Below the pieces are notes generated by a model that was given only the letters and a program-made list of their open reading frames with translations, had not been told where the DNA came from and did no database searches. A stretch of 64,000 nt of DNA from an uncultured Candidatus Saccharibacteria bacterium (GTDB taxonomy: Bacteria > Patescibacteriota > Minisyncoccia > Phycocordibacterales > SBAW01), in assembly GCA_964459335.1 (NCBI GenBank), contig CAYWJX010000003.1:44-64043 (forward strand), written 5' to 3'. Every line of letters starts with the position of its first letter. Within the stretch, counting starts at the first letter, position 1. Both the position numbers and the translations under genes were made by a program. Shown here in pieces: positions 27,967 through 36,435 of the stretch.

Positions 27967-28608
27967 ATGGATCTATATCATTTGCTTAATCGAGGTGTCG
28001 ATAAACGTACTATATTTCTTGACGACCAAGATCGTAAACGTTTTGTATTGGGACTAGAAATTTTTAATGACATTCAATCGGTAGACAATATACATAGAAA
28101 TGTTGGACTTACGAAGTCGAACAAGGAGGAGCTTGTGGAAATACACGGCTGGTGCCTAATGCGTAACCATTATCATTTACTGGTATCTGAAAAAGCTGAA
28201 AATGGTATAACTCAATTCATCCGTAAATTAAATATCGGTTACTCAAAATATTTTAATGAGAAGTACAAACGATCAGGCGCTTTATTCCAAGGTAGGACTA
28301 AAAAAGTCCGTATCGAGACTGATCCGCATTTTTTACATATTCTTAACTACATCCATTTAAATCCTCTCGACTACCATCGCGATTTTCGCAATTGGCGAGA
28401 AGGAAAAATTAGCAATGCAACACACGCCACTGCTTATCTCGATAAATACCAGTGGAGTAGCTATCATGATTATTGTCAGGATGTAAAGTTTCTCAACATA
28501 ACTTTTACTCTCTTTTTTAAAGAAGTTTTTCAAAACTACCCAAAACAGCTTAAAGATTATTTAACTACATTAGAAATAGAAGAAATGAAAGCTTATATAC
28601 TCGAATAA
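27967..28608 (+). CDS. REP-associated tyrosine transposase (RAYT)-like / IS200-family Y1 HUH transposase
   Basis: HUH motif CLMRNHYHLLV, RSGALFQGR, and catalytic-Tyr region LNYIHLNPL. The upstream part of ORF 27724-28608 is antisense to rnhB and is not counted. Confidence 0.8.
   Translation: MDLYHLLNRGVDKRTIFLDDQDRKRFVLGLEIFNDIQSVDNIHRNVGLTKSNKEELVEIHGWCLMRNHYHLLVSEKAENGITQFIRKLNIGYSKYFNEKYKRSGALFQGRTKKVRIETDPHFLHILNYIHLNPLDYHRDFRNWREGKISNATHATAYLDKYQWSSYHDYCQDVKFLNITFTLFFKEVFQNYPKQLKDYLTTLEIEEMKAYILE
28102..28122 (+). repeat. RAYT-1 hairpin, copy 2 (inside the transposase ORF, in frame)
   Basis: GTTGGACTTACGAAGTCGAAC. It encodes VGLTKSN in a linker preceding the HUH motif. Confidence 0.85.
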
Positions 28609-28615
28609 GGTAGGT

Positions 28616-28636
28616 GTTCGACTTACGAAGTCGAAC
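28616..28636 (+). repeat. RAYT-1 hairpin, copy 3 (right end)
   Basis: GTTCGACTTACGAAGTCGAAC (perfect 9-bp stem). Confidence 0.85.
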
Positions 28637-28654
28637 ATTTAGGCAAAGAAAAAA

Positions 28655-28675
28655 CCGGCGCTTTTGGAGCGCCGG
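28655..28675. terminator. Bidirectional terminator hairpin
   Basis: CCGGCGC-TTTTGGA-GCGCCGG, flanked by an A-run upstream and a T-run downstream. Confidence 0.6.
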
Positions 28676-28702
28676 GACTTTGTTTTTTAGCAGTAGCGTT
28701 TT

Positions 28703-28903
28703 TCACGGTTCGGTAACGTCGAGGTCGAACGACTTCCCCTTTACCTTCCGCAAAAACTGGCGTCTCTCCCACCAGAACTGACCCCAAAAGAGCCAAAAAT
28801 ACGACACCGCGAGAAACACCAAAACAGCCACGAGCTGAGCGACTTCCGTGCCTGTTAGGCCTTGTGCGACCTGAGAAGATTGCTGCATGACAGACCTCAC
28901 CAA
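28703..28903 (-). CDS. Small membrane protein (66 aa), hypothetical
   Basis: One strongly hydrophobic Trp/Phe-rich segment (VAQLVAVLVFLAVSYFWLFWGQFWW). It ends just before the 28655-28675 hairpin. The competing ORF 28623-28943 would read through that hairpin. Confidence 0.4.
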   Translation of the reverse strand: MVRSVMQQSSQVAQGLTGTEVAQLVAVLVFLAVSYFWLFWGQFWWERRQFLRKVKGKSFDLDVTEP

Positions 28904-29011
28904 TTATGGAAAATGTTGGACCAAGAGGCTCGAACATTCTCACAGGTTAACTTTCTGATACAACACTAAATGAATTGGCTCAAGTGAGTAGCCGAGGAGT
29001 ATACTTTTTGC

Positions 29012-32000
29012 ATGTCCGCAAAGTTTGCCCACCTGCACGCGCACTCGCACTACTCGCTCCTCGGCGCTTTGCCTAAAATACCCGAGCTCGTTGAGCGTGC
29101 CGCCTCTTTTGGGTGTGAAGCACTTGCGCTTACCGACCTCGGCAACCTCTACGGCGCCATCGAGTTTTACAAAGAGTGCAAACATGCCGACATCAAGCCC
29201 ATCATTGGCCTCGAGGCGCGGGTAGAGAACGATGCGCGCATATTGTTGTATGTCGAAAATGAGCAGGGCTACAAAAATTTGCTTGCGATAGTAACCGAGT
29301 CGTACTTTGCACCGCATGACGGCAAGCCCACGGTTACCAAAGAAATTCTCGCGCGCCATCACGAAGGGCTCATTGCCGCGGTGCCGCGCAGTAAAGGGGC
29401 GCATGCCGCCGAGTACAAAGATATTTTTGGAGCAGAAAACTTTTATACCGATGTGGCCCTGCACGAAATTTTTTACATGGAGCCAAACGACCGCCGTGCG
29501 TGGGAAACGCTCAAAGCAATCGAGAATCGCGGTGCGGATACTGGCGGTGACACAAGCGACCTCACCGCCGAGGAAGAAGAAGAGTATTACTTTCCTGCCC
29601 GCGGACAAATGGAAAAAGAGTTTACTGAAGAGCAACTTGCAAAAACACTCGAGATAGCCGAGCGGTGCAATCTTGAGCTCACGCTCGGCAAATTTATCTT
29701 CCCCGAGTTCCCGCTTCTCAAAGGTGTAACGGCCGACGAACATTTGCACTCGCTTTGTATGAGCGGTCTCACGCGCCGCGGGCTCGAGGGCCGGCAGGAT
29801 GTACTCGAGCGGCTCAACTATGAGCTCGGCATCATCGCGTTTAAAGGCTACGCCGCATACTTTTTAGTCGTGGAAGATTTAATCCGCTTTGCGCGTGAGC
29901 ACGGCATCTACACCACCATCCGCGGCTCGGTGGCCGGCTCGATGACCACGTACTTGCTCCATATCACTACCATCGACCCCTTGGCCTACAACATCCCCTT
30001 TGAACGCTTTTTAAATCCGGAGCGCCCGTCGGCCCCCGATATCGACATGGACTTTGCCGACAACCGCCGCGACGAGGTGATTGAGTATGCGCGCCATAAA
30101 TACGGCGAGGCCCGAGTGGCGCAAATTGGAACTTTTGGCACCATGCTTGCGCGCGGTGTTGTGCGCGACGTGGCGCGCGCACTCGGCTACGCGTACGGCG
30201 TTGGCGACCGCATTGCAAAAGAAATCCCGTTTGGCTCGCAAGGCTTCCCGATGACGCTCGAGCGTGCGCTGGAGGAAAACGCCGAGCTCGGCAAAATGTA
30301 CAAAGCCGAGGCGGACGTTAAAGACATCATCGACCTTGGTAAAAAAATCGAAGGCTGCGCACGACACATCTCGGTGCACGCGGCGGGTGTGGTGATTGCA
30401 CCTAAGCCGCTCATCGAGTATGCGCCGCTCCAGCTCGACCCAAAGGGCGGCAAAATTATCACGCAGTACGACATGTACTCGGTTGGCGAAGACGGTGTCG
30501 GCCTCACCAAGTTTGACTTCCTTGGCATCCGCAACCTCTCTATCCTTGCCTCGGCAGTTAAACTTATTAAAACAACGCGCGGCGAGCATATCGATATTGA
30601 AAAAATCCCAATCGACGACAAAAAAACATATGACATGCTCACAAGCGGCCAAACCGAGGGCACCTTTCAACTCAACGGCTCGGGCATGACGCGATTTTTA
30701 AAAGAGTTGAAGCCTAGTACCATACACGACATCAACGCGATGGTGGCACTCTTTCGCCCCGGCCCGATGCAATTTATCCCGCAATATATCGAGCGCAAAC
30801 ACAATCCGGCGCTTATCCGCTACATGGACAAGGCAATGGAGCCAATACTTAAACAAACGTACGGCATCTTGGTGTATCAAGACGACCTGTTGATCATGGC
30901 GCACGAACTCGCAGGCTACACGTGGGGCGAGGTCGACAAGTTTCGCAAAGCGGTGGGCAAAAAAATCCCCGCCGAGATGGAGGCCCAAAAAGAAAAGTTT
31001 ATCAAAGGATGCGTTGAGCACTCGGGGTGGCCGCGCAAAAAAGCCGAAGAAGTGTGGGCGTGGATAGAGCCGTTTGCGGCATACGGATTTAACAAGGCGC
31101 ACGCCGCAAGCTACGGCAAAGTGGCCTATCAAACCGCATATCTCAAAGCAAATTATCCGGTCGAGTACATGGCCGCCGTGCTCACCGCCGAGGCCGGCGA
31201 CATCGACACTGTCTCTATTATGGTTAATGAGTGCAAACGGATGGGCGTGCCCGTGTTGCCGCCGGACGTCAACGAAAGTTTTGGCGTGTTTACAGTGATA
31301 TTGGGCGAGAGCGCCAAGCGTACCGAAAAAGCCGCGGCGCTTGCGGGCGATGCCGAGGAGGATGCCATACGCTTTGGCCTTTACTCAATTAAAAACTTTG
31401 GCTCGAGCATCGCCGACAGCATCATCAAAGAGCGCAAAGCCGATGGCAAGTTTACAAGCCTCGGCAATTTTCTCTCGCGGGTAAAAGACCAAACGCTCAA
31501 CAAGCGCGGACTCGAGAGTTTGATACAATGCGGCGCACTCGACAGCTTGGGCGAGCGAGGTCAGATGCTCGCCTCGATAGAGTTGCTCCTCCAATACCAT
31601 CGCGACTCAAGCCACGAACAATCGCAAGACTCGCTTTTTGCCGGGCTCGCCAGTGCCGAGGGCGAGCTCAAGCTTCCGCCTGCCAAAGAGGCCGGCCAAG
31701 AAGAGCGCCTCGCATGGGAAAAGGAGTTGCTTGGCCTTTATGTATCGGGACATCCGCTCGATAAATATAGAGAGAAGCTCAGCAAGCGCCCGATGACCTT
31801 GAGCGAGCTCAAAACAAAAATCCATCCCGGCATGATGGTGGTTGCGGCGGGCATGATACAAGAAATCCGTTTGCATCTCACTAAAGGCGGCGACCAAATG
31901 GCGTTTATTAAAATCGCCGACTTCGATGGCTCTATGGAGGCAGTGGTGTTCCCAAAAAATTATGCCGAGCATCGCAACATTTTAAAGACCGAAAGTTGTA

Positions 32001-32074
32001 TAGCCCTCAAAGGCAAACTCACCAGCCGCAATGGCGAGCTCTCGATGGTCGCCGAAGCTCTCAAGGCCATGTGA
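29012..32074 (+). CDS. dnaE: DNA polymerase III alpha subunit DnaE
   Basis: N-terminal PHP domain FAHLHAHSHYSLL, polymerase core motifs (PDIDMDF, GLTKFDFLG) and a C-terminal OB fold. Confidence 0.93.
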   Translation: MSAKFAHLHAHSHYSLLGALPKIPELVERAASFGCEALALTDLGNLYGAIEFYKECKHADIKPIIGLEARVENDARILLYVENEQGYKNLLAIVTESYFAPHDGKPTVTKEILARHHEGLIAAVPRSKGAHAAEYKDIFGAENFYTDVALHEIFYMEPNDRRAWETLKAIENRGADTGGDTSDLTAEEEEEYYFPARGQMEKEFTEEQLAKTLEIAERCNLELTLGKFIFPEFPLLKGVTADEHLHSLCMSGLTRRGLEGRQDVLERLNYELGIIAFKGYAAYFLVVEDLIRFAREHGIYTTIRGSVAGSMTTYLLHITTIDPLAYNIPFERFLNPERPSAPDIDMDFADNRRDEVIEYARHKYGEARVAQIGTFGTMLARGVVRDVARALGYAYGVGDRIAKEIPFGSQGFPMTLERALEENAELGKMYKAEADVKDIIDLGKKIEGCARHISVHAAGVVIAPKPLIEYAPLQLDPKGGKIITQYDMYSVGEDGVGLTKFDFLGIRNLSILASAVKLIKTTRGEHIDIEKIPIDDKKTYDMLTSGQTEGTFQLNGSGMTRFLKELKPSTIHDINAMVALFRPGPMQFIPQYIERKHNPALIRYMDKAMEPILKQTYGILVYQDDLLIMAHELAGYTWGEVDKFRKAVGKKIPAEMEAQKEKFIKGCVEHSGWPRKKAEEVWAWIEPFAAYGFNKAHAASYGKVAYQTAYLKANYPVEYMAAVLTAEAGDIDTVSIMVNECKRMGVPVLPPDVNESFGVFTVILGESAKRTEKAAALAGDAEEDAIRFGLYSIKNFGSSIADSIIKERKADGKFTSLGNFLSRVKDQTLNKRGLESLIQCGALDSLGERGQMLASIELLLQYHRDSSHEQSQDSLFAGLASAEGELKLPPAKEAGQEERLAWEKELLGLYVSGHPLDKYREKLSKRPMTLSELKTKIHPGMMVVAAGMIQEIRLHLTKGGDQMAFIKIADFDGSMEAVVFPKNYAEHRNILKTESCIALKGKLTSRNGELSMVAEALKAM

Positions 32075-32164
32075 GTAATTGTGGATAAGTACTTGCACAA
32101 TATTTTATAACGTGTTATTGTTTTTGGCGGAAGTTTGGCGTGCTACAAGCTCGGGAGAGCGACC

Positions 32165-32320
32165 ATGAAGAAGTTTGAAGCTATTACAAAAAAGAAACCG
32201 GAAGAGAAAAAGCCTGCGGAGCGACCTGGGCAACCACAGCCCAAACCAGCGGCTTTAATTTTGGGAGAGATATCTCTCGAACGAGTCGCTGAGTTACAAC
32301 GATTCCTAAGCGGTATCTAG
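32165..32320 (+). CDS. Small Lys/Pro-rich hypothetical protein (51 aa)
   Basis: An ATG preceded by GGGAGAG, and a terminator immediately after the stop. No motifs found. Confidence 0.4.
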   Translation: MKKFEAITKKKPEEKKPAERPGQPQPKPAALILGEISLERVAELQRFLSGI

Positions 32321-32347
32321 AGCAGCCTACGGGCTGCTTTTTCTTTT
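32321..32347 (+). terminator. Rho-independent terminator
   Basis: AGCAGCC-TACG-GGCTGCT followed by TTTTTCTTTT. Confidence 0.75.
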
Positions 32348-32381
32348 GCATAAAAAATTGCAAGTAGTACTATAGCTTGAT

Positions 32382-33632
32382 ATGGAAGCACAAAACGATG
32401 CAGGGGGCGAAAAGGAGCGGGATCATAAAAAATTAGGACCGGAGTTAGACTTATTTTATATAGACCAAACCGTGGGTAAAGGTTTGCCCATGTTTCTCCC
32501 CAAAGGAGCTATCATAAAACGCGAGCTCGAAAAGTTTGTTATAGAGGAGGAGACAAAACGCGGCTATGTGCACGTACATACCCCCGACCTTGCAAAGCTC
32601 GAGCTGTACGAAAAATCTGGACACTATCCTCATTACAAAGAATCAATGTACGCGCCCATCGAGATCGATGAGGAAAAGTTTATGCTCCGTCCGATGACCT
32701 GCCCGCATCATTTTCAACTCTATCTTCACAAACCACACAGCCATCGTGAGCTCCCTATGCGCATTGCCGAGCTTGCACAGCTATACCGCTACGAGCAGTC
32801 AGGAGAGCTCATGGGCTTGCAACGGGTGCGCACGTTTTGTTTAGCCGACGCGCACATTATATGTGCGAGCGAAGAGCAAGCCGTTGAGGAGGTGAGCGGT
32901 GCACTAGACCTTATCATCCACATGGCCGGTGTGTTTGGGCTCAAACAAGGTACCGATTTTAGATTTAGGCTCTCACTTGGCGATCGTGCCAATACCGAAA
33001 AATATTACAAAAACGATGCCGCATGGGAAAAGGCCGAGGACTTGCTCCGCAAACTTATGAAGGCGCGCGGCGCCAATTTTGAAGAGGCAAAAGACGAAGC
33101 CGCGTTTTATGGCCCAAAAATCGACGTGCAAATGAAAAACGCCAACGGCAAAGAGGACACTGCCTTTACCGTGCAGTACGACTTTTGTATGCCGGACCGC
33201 TTTGACCTCACTTACATTGCCGAGAGTGGCGAAAAGAAGCGCGCATTTGTCGTGCATCGCTCGTCAATCGGAGCCATCGAGCGCATCATGGCCTTCCTTA
33301 TCGAAAAATATGTGGGTGCCTTCCCTCTTTGGCTCTCGCCGGTGCAGGCCCGTGTTTTGCCCATCAGCGACGCACACAAGGCGTTTGCCGCTGATGTGAT
33401 GGAGCAGCTCAAAGCTGCCGGCATCCGTGCCGACCTCGACGACTCCAACGAAACCTTGGGCAAAAAAATCCGCGAAGCAAAAACACAAAAGATCCCCTAC
33501 ACGCTCGTGATTGGCGATGCCGAGGTATCGGCCAAAACCGCAACGCTCGAAGGCCGCGAAGGCAAAGTGGGTGTGCTCGCCATTGCCGACATTGCCCAAA
33601 AACTCAAAGAAGAGATAACCCATCGCAAGTAG
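32382..33632 (+). CDS. thrS: Threonyl-tRNA synthetase, catalytic core plus anticodon-binding domain only (416 aa)
   Basis: It begins close to the conserved RDHKKLG...LDLF motif, which in full-length ThrRS follows the TGS and editing domains. It has class II motifs (MLRPMTCPHH, RVRTFCLADAHI, HRSSIGAIERIMAFLIE). Confidence 0.88.
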   Translation: MEAQNDAGGEKERDHKKLGPELDLFYIDQTVGKGLPMFLPKGAIIKRELEKFVIEEETKRGYVHVHTPDLAKLELYEKSGHYPHYKESMYAPIEIDEEKFMLRPMTCPHHFQLYLHKPHSHRELPMRIAELAQLYRYEQSGELMGLQRVRTFCLADAHIICASEEQAVEEVSGALDLIIHMAGVFGLKQGTDFRFRLSLGDRANTEKYYKNDAAWEKAEDLLRKLMKARGANFEEAKDEAAFYGPKIDVQMKNANGKEDTAFTVQYDFCMPDRFDLTYIAESGEKKRAFVVHRSSIGAIERIMAFLIEKYVGAFPLWLSPVQARVLPISDAHKAFAADVMEQLKAAGIRADLDDSNETLGKKIREAKTQKIPYTLVIGDAEVSAKTATLEGREGKVGVLAIADIAQKLKEEITHRK

Positions 33633-33721
33633 TAAAAATAAAAATCTTTAACCCCACTTTTTATAGTCGCTTTGCTCCTTAAAAAGCGGCACGCCCCCAC
33701 CTGGATTTTTATTTTTACTAC
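33629..33721. repeat. 18-bp perfect inverted repeat pair between convergent genes
   Basis: GTAGTAAAAATAAAAATC (33629-33646, overlapping the thrS stop) pairs with GATTTTTATTTTTACTAC (33704-33721). Confidence 0.8.
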
Positions 33722-33743
33722 GTTGCGAAAGGTCTAAATGGTA

Positions 33744-34724
33744 CTAGCTAAGCGCCCACTCGTCTCCGTACAACACGCTCATCACCCAGCGAGCGCCGCG
33801 GTTGAGTACTCCTTTAAACATCACGAGGTATGCGGCGGCAAATACCCAAAACGATATAAAGCCCCAATATGCGAGCGTCCCCCAAAAGCCCAAGTCGAGG
33901 CCGGTATACGGCACCTCTGAGAGTGTTATTTGAGGTTGATAGGAAGGCACGTATTGCTGTGTTTGATATATCACCGGCTGTTGGTAAGCAATTGGCTGAG
34001 GGTAATAGTTTTGTTGATATTGCGGATAGTATTGCTGCGGAGGATAGTAGTACTGATTGTCGTTGTGATACATGCCCCGGACATACTGCTGCTGGTAGTA
34101 TTGGTCCGAATAATTATTATTGTAGTTGTTAGACGTATTGTTGTAGCTGTAATTATTGTTGTTATTGGTGGTGTTGTTTGTGTTGCAACTGTTGTCTACG
34201 CAATTATTGTTTGTGTTGCCTCCTGTCACTATCACAACACAATTTGGATACGTGCCCGTCGTGTTTGCCGGACACACAATAGGCACGCAGTTGGGATAGG
34301 TCCCGGTGGTGTTTAACGGGCATATACGCGGAAGACAATTGGGATATGTCCCCGTTGTGTTGACTGGACAACGACGCGGTATAGGGGAACAAGTTGGAGA
34401 TATCCCGTTAGCGTTTATCGGACACATATGCGGAGGCGTAGCGTATGTTCCACCGCCACCCCCGCCCACACCGCTACCGCCTCCCGTGCCGCCAGTGCCA
34501 CCGCCGGTGTCTCCGCAACAACCACCATCACCTCCGCTAGTACCATCGCCTCCATCGTCGGCATGGGCAATATGTGAAGCAAAAAGAGATGCAACTCCTG
34601 TTTGTTTTGCTATTTGCATAGCAGGCGCAAACATATATAAAAGTACAAGCACGGCAACGCCGGCAAGCAACACAATAGATGTATCGTGTACTGTCCTAGA
34701 TAAAAAATTCTCTTTTTTGTTCAT
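33744..34724 (-). CDS. Envelope protein, Gly/Asn/Gln/Tyr-rich, with 4x C-P-x-N-(T/A)-(T/N)-G-(T/I)-(Y/S)-P-(N/T)-C repeats and a conserved VPYTG-TM C-terminal module
   Basis: An N-terminal TM/signal ending AHA-DDGGD, then a CC pair, repeats CPVNTTGTYPNC, CPLNTTGTYPNC and CPANTTGTYPNC, NNCVDNSCNTNN, a Q/Y-rich tract, and LSEVPYTGLDLGFWGTLAYWG plus a TM helix and a basic tail. Confidence 0.75.
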   Translation of the reverse strand: MNKKENFLSRTVHDTSIVLLAGVAVLVLLYMFAPAMQIAKQTGVASLFASHIAHADDGGDGTSGGDGGCCGDTGGGTGGTGGGSGVGGGGGGTYATPPHMCPINANGISPTCSPIPRRCPVNTTGTYPNCLPRICPLNTTGTYPNCVPIVCPANTTGTYPNCVVIVTGGNTNNNCVDNSCNTNNTTNNNNNYSYNNTSNNYNNNYSDQYYQQQYVRGMYHNDNQYYYPPQQYYPQYQQNYYPQPIAYQQPVIYQTQQYVPSYQPQITLSEVPYTGLDLGFWGTLAYWGFISFWVFAAAYLVMFKGVLNRGARWVMSVLYGDEWALS

Positions 34725-34798
34725 AACGTATTACTAATTATTAATGTTGAAGTAAAAATGAGGTGGGAGTGCGCAACTGCGCACTCCGCCTCTCTGCT

Positions 34799-35242
34799 CT
34801 ATTCTTCTGGATAGTCAAACCACACGGGGTGGTCAGCATTAACCACGCATTTCCCGCCGGGCGCTCCACGCTCGAGAATGGCTCGCGCCCGATCCATCCA
34901 CAGGGCTTCAGGATGTCTCTTGTGTTTATCATTCAAGCAAATCCAATCAATCTCGAAGACCTTATCACACGGCACCTGAAGATAACCCGTACCGTTGTTG
35001 CGGGTAAATTGGAGCCCTTCACTCACTTCACCGTTATAATACTTGGCGAAGACTACAGGTGGGAGGCACATATTCACATAGACCTCAACCAAACATGTCT
35101 TGCAGGCTGTGACCCGAGGCTCCTCTACTTTGTGAGGAGCACAAGGACGGCAAGGATTCTTGACCAAGTAGTCGGCATGAGCCGAGCCCAAGCCCATTAT
35201 TCCAAGCGCTAGACTGAGAAGAACTGTAGATAAACGCATCAT
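34799..35242 (-). CDS. Secreted Cys-rich hypothetical protein
   Basis: Signal peptide MMRLSTVLLSLALGIMGLGSAHA, and multiple Cys residues (CRPC, CKTC). Start chosen at 35242; the ORF extends to 35311. Confidence 0.6.
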   Translation of the reverse strand: MMRLSTVLLSLALGIMGLGSAHADYLVKNPCRPCAPHKVEEPRVTACKTCLVEVYVNMCLPPVVFAKYYNGEVSEGLQFTRNNGTGYLQVPCDKVFEIDWICLNDKHKRHPEALWMDRARAILERGAPGGKCVVNADHPVWFDYPEE

Positions 35243-35342
35243 GGCGTCTCTCCTTATGCCAGTTGGCCTTCTAGGCTCTAGAGTATAGTAACGAAACTGG
35301 ATGAGCAACACATGAAGACACTCATTTACTATATGTCAAAAG

Positions 35343-35374
35343 CACAAAATCCCGCTTTGAGGCGGGATTTTGTG
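35343..35374 (-). terminator. Terminator hairpin downstream of 35394-36332
   Basis: CACAAAATCCCGC-TTTGAG-GCGGGATTTTGTG (13-bp stem). Confidence 0.6.
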
Positions 35375-35393
35375 TTAGAAATTAAACAATTAT

Positions 35394-36332
35394 TTATGCG
35401 CGGCGCGGACGGTTGATTTGCGAGAGAATAAAGCTATCAACAATGTCCTCACTAGCGGGGACCGTTGCATATACTTTAGGCGCAACCGGAGCATAAGTAA
35501 CTACTGTCTCCTGCTCGCTCTCCTCATGAGTATTAGTGCTACCGAAGAGGAAGTATTTGAGGCGGAGCGCAATAATATTTTGTACGCGCTTGATAACAAT
35601 GAGGTAGGCAACAACGAGTGCAAAGAGTACCATCGCACCCCAGTAGGCTATCGTGCCCCAAAAGCCCAAGTCGAGACCAGTGTACGGAACTTGCGTAAGC
35701 GAAACGTACGGTGTTGCAGTGTTGTACACAACCGGCTGATTGAGATAGCAGTTAGGATACGTACCGGAATACCCGGCCGCGCAATATTGGACTTGCGTTT
35801 GCGTAGGCGGATAAGCAATCACATTGTTGATCACCGGCGCAGGATTGGTGATGTTGTTGTTAGTGTTGCAAGAGTTGTTGGTGCAGGTGTTGTTGTTGGT
35901 CGTTACGGTAGTAGGAGCGTAAATATTCGAAGCCGGCTGAGTGTAGCGGTAACCACCGGTCGAGTATCCATAACCACCGCTGTAGTAACCGCCCATGCTG
36001 TAGCCGCCGGTCGAGTAACCATACGAAGGAGTTGAATAACTATAGGTGTCAGGATAAATGTTGCTGTACGTATCAGGATAAATATTTGAATAGGTATCCG
36101 GATATACATTACTGTATGTATCAGGATAAATAGTTCCACCTGTATCCGGACTGATTACCGTATCCGGACTGACTGTGCAACAAGAGTTATCGGTAGGACC
36201 ACCAAAATCATCACCGTTATCGTCGGCGCGCGCGATAGGTGCAATAGAGAGTGCCCCGATCATGAGAACTGACACGACGAAGATGCCGGTAAGGGCCTGC
36301 AATATATTCTTATTTTTCATATCGGTTTTCAT
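35394..36332 (-). CDS. Envelope protein, paralogue of 33744-34724 (Tyr/Asn/Gly-rich, VPYTG-TM module, long cytoplasmic tail)
   Basis: A signal ending ARA-DDNGDD, a CC pair, 4x YPDTYSN repeats, GGY repeats, NNTCTNNSCNTNN, GTYPNC, LTQVPYTGLDLGFWGTIAYWG plus a TM helix, then a 65-aa tail. Confidence 0.75.
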   Translation of the reverse strand: MKTDMKNKNILQALTGIFVVSVLMIGALSIAPIARADDNGDDFGGPTDNSCCTVSPDTVISPDTGGTIYPDTYSNVYPDTYSNIYPDTYSNIYPDTYSYSTPSYGYSTGGYSMGGYYSGGYGYSTGGYRYTQPASNIYAPTTVTTNNNTCTNNSCNTNNNITNPAPVINNVIAYPPTQTQVQYCAAGYSGTYPNCYLNQPVVYNTATPYVSLTQVPYTGLDLGFWGTIAYWGAMVLFALVVAYLIVIKRVQNIIALRLKYFLFGSTNTHEESEQETVVTYAPVAPKVYATVPASEDIVDSFILSQINRPRRA

Positions 36333-36381
36333 AATAACGGTACTACTATACTTATAATTTTATTAATGTCAATAGTTTACT

Positions 36382-36427
36382 AAAAACAAAAATTTGTCAG
36401 GTCGCGGTGGTTTCTTCCGCCGCGACC
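36382..36427 (-). terminator. Terminator module T1 (hairpin + GACAAATTTTT)
   Basis: On the minus strand, GGTCGCGGCGG-AAGAAA-CCACCGCGACC is followed by TGACAAATTTTTGTTTTT. Confidence 0.65.
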
Positions 36428-36435
36428 CAACGTTT

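Larger units (their letters stand above)
27930..28636 (+). mobile_element. IS200/RAYT-like unit: Y1 HUH transposase gene bounded by same-strand hairpins
   Basis: Hairpins GTT(C/T/G)GACTT-ACG-AAGTCGAAC lie at 27930-27950 (17 nt before the ATG) and at 28616-28636 (8 nt after the stop). A third copy lies inside the gene. Confidence 0.7.

Noticed and set aside
27930-28636. Hairpin repeats around the two Y1-transposase genes considered as mini CRISPR arrays
   Set aside because: There are only three copies each, with irregular spacing (about 150 and about 490 nt; 20 and about 680 nt). The repeats are strongly self-complementary, and no cas genes are present. The pattern fits IS200/REP-RAYT ends.
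28940-29749. 269-aa minus-strand ORF (also 30011-30670 and 30698-31132)
   Set aside because: They are antisense to dnaE, whose PHP and polymerase motifs are clear.
33744-36332. Calling the VPYTG proteins canonical LPXTG sortase substrates
   Set aside because: The cytoplasmic tails after the TM helix are about 23 and about 65 residues, much longer than classical sorting signals. The link to the sortase is kept as a hypothesis only.
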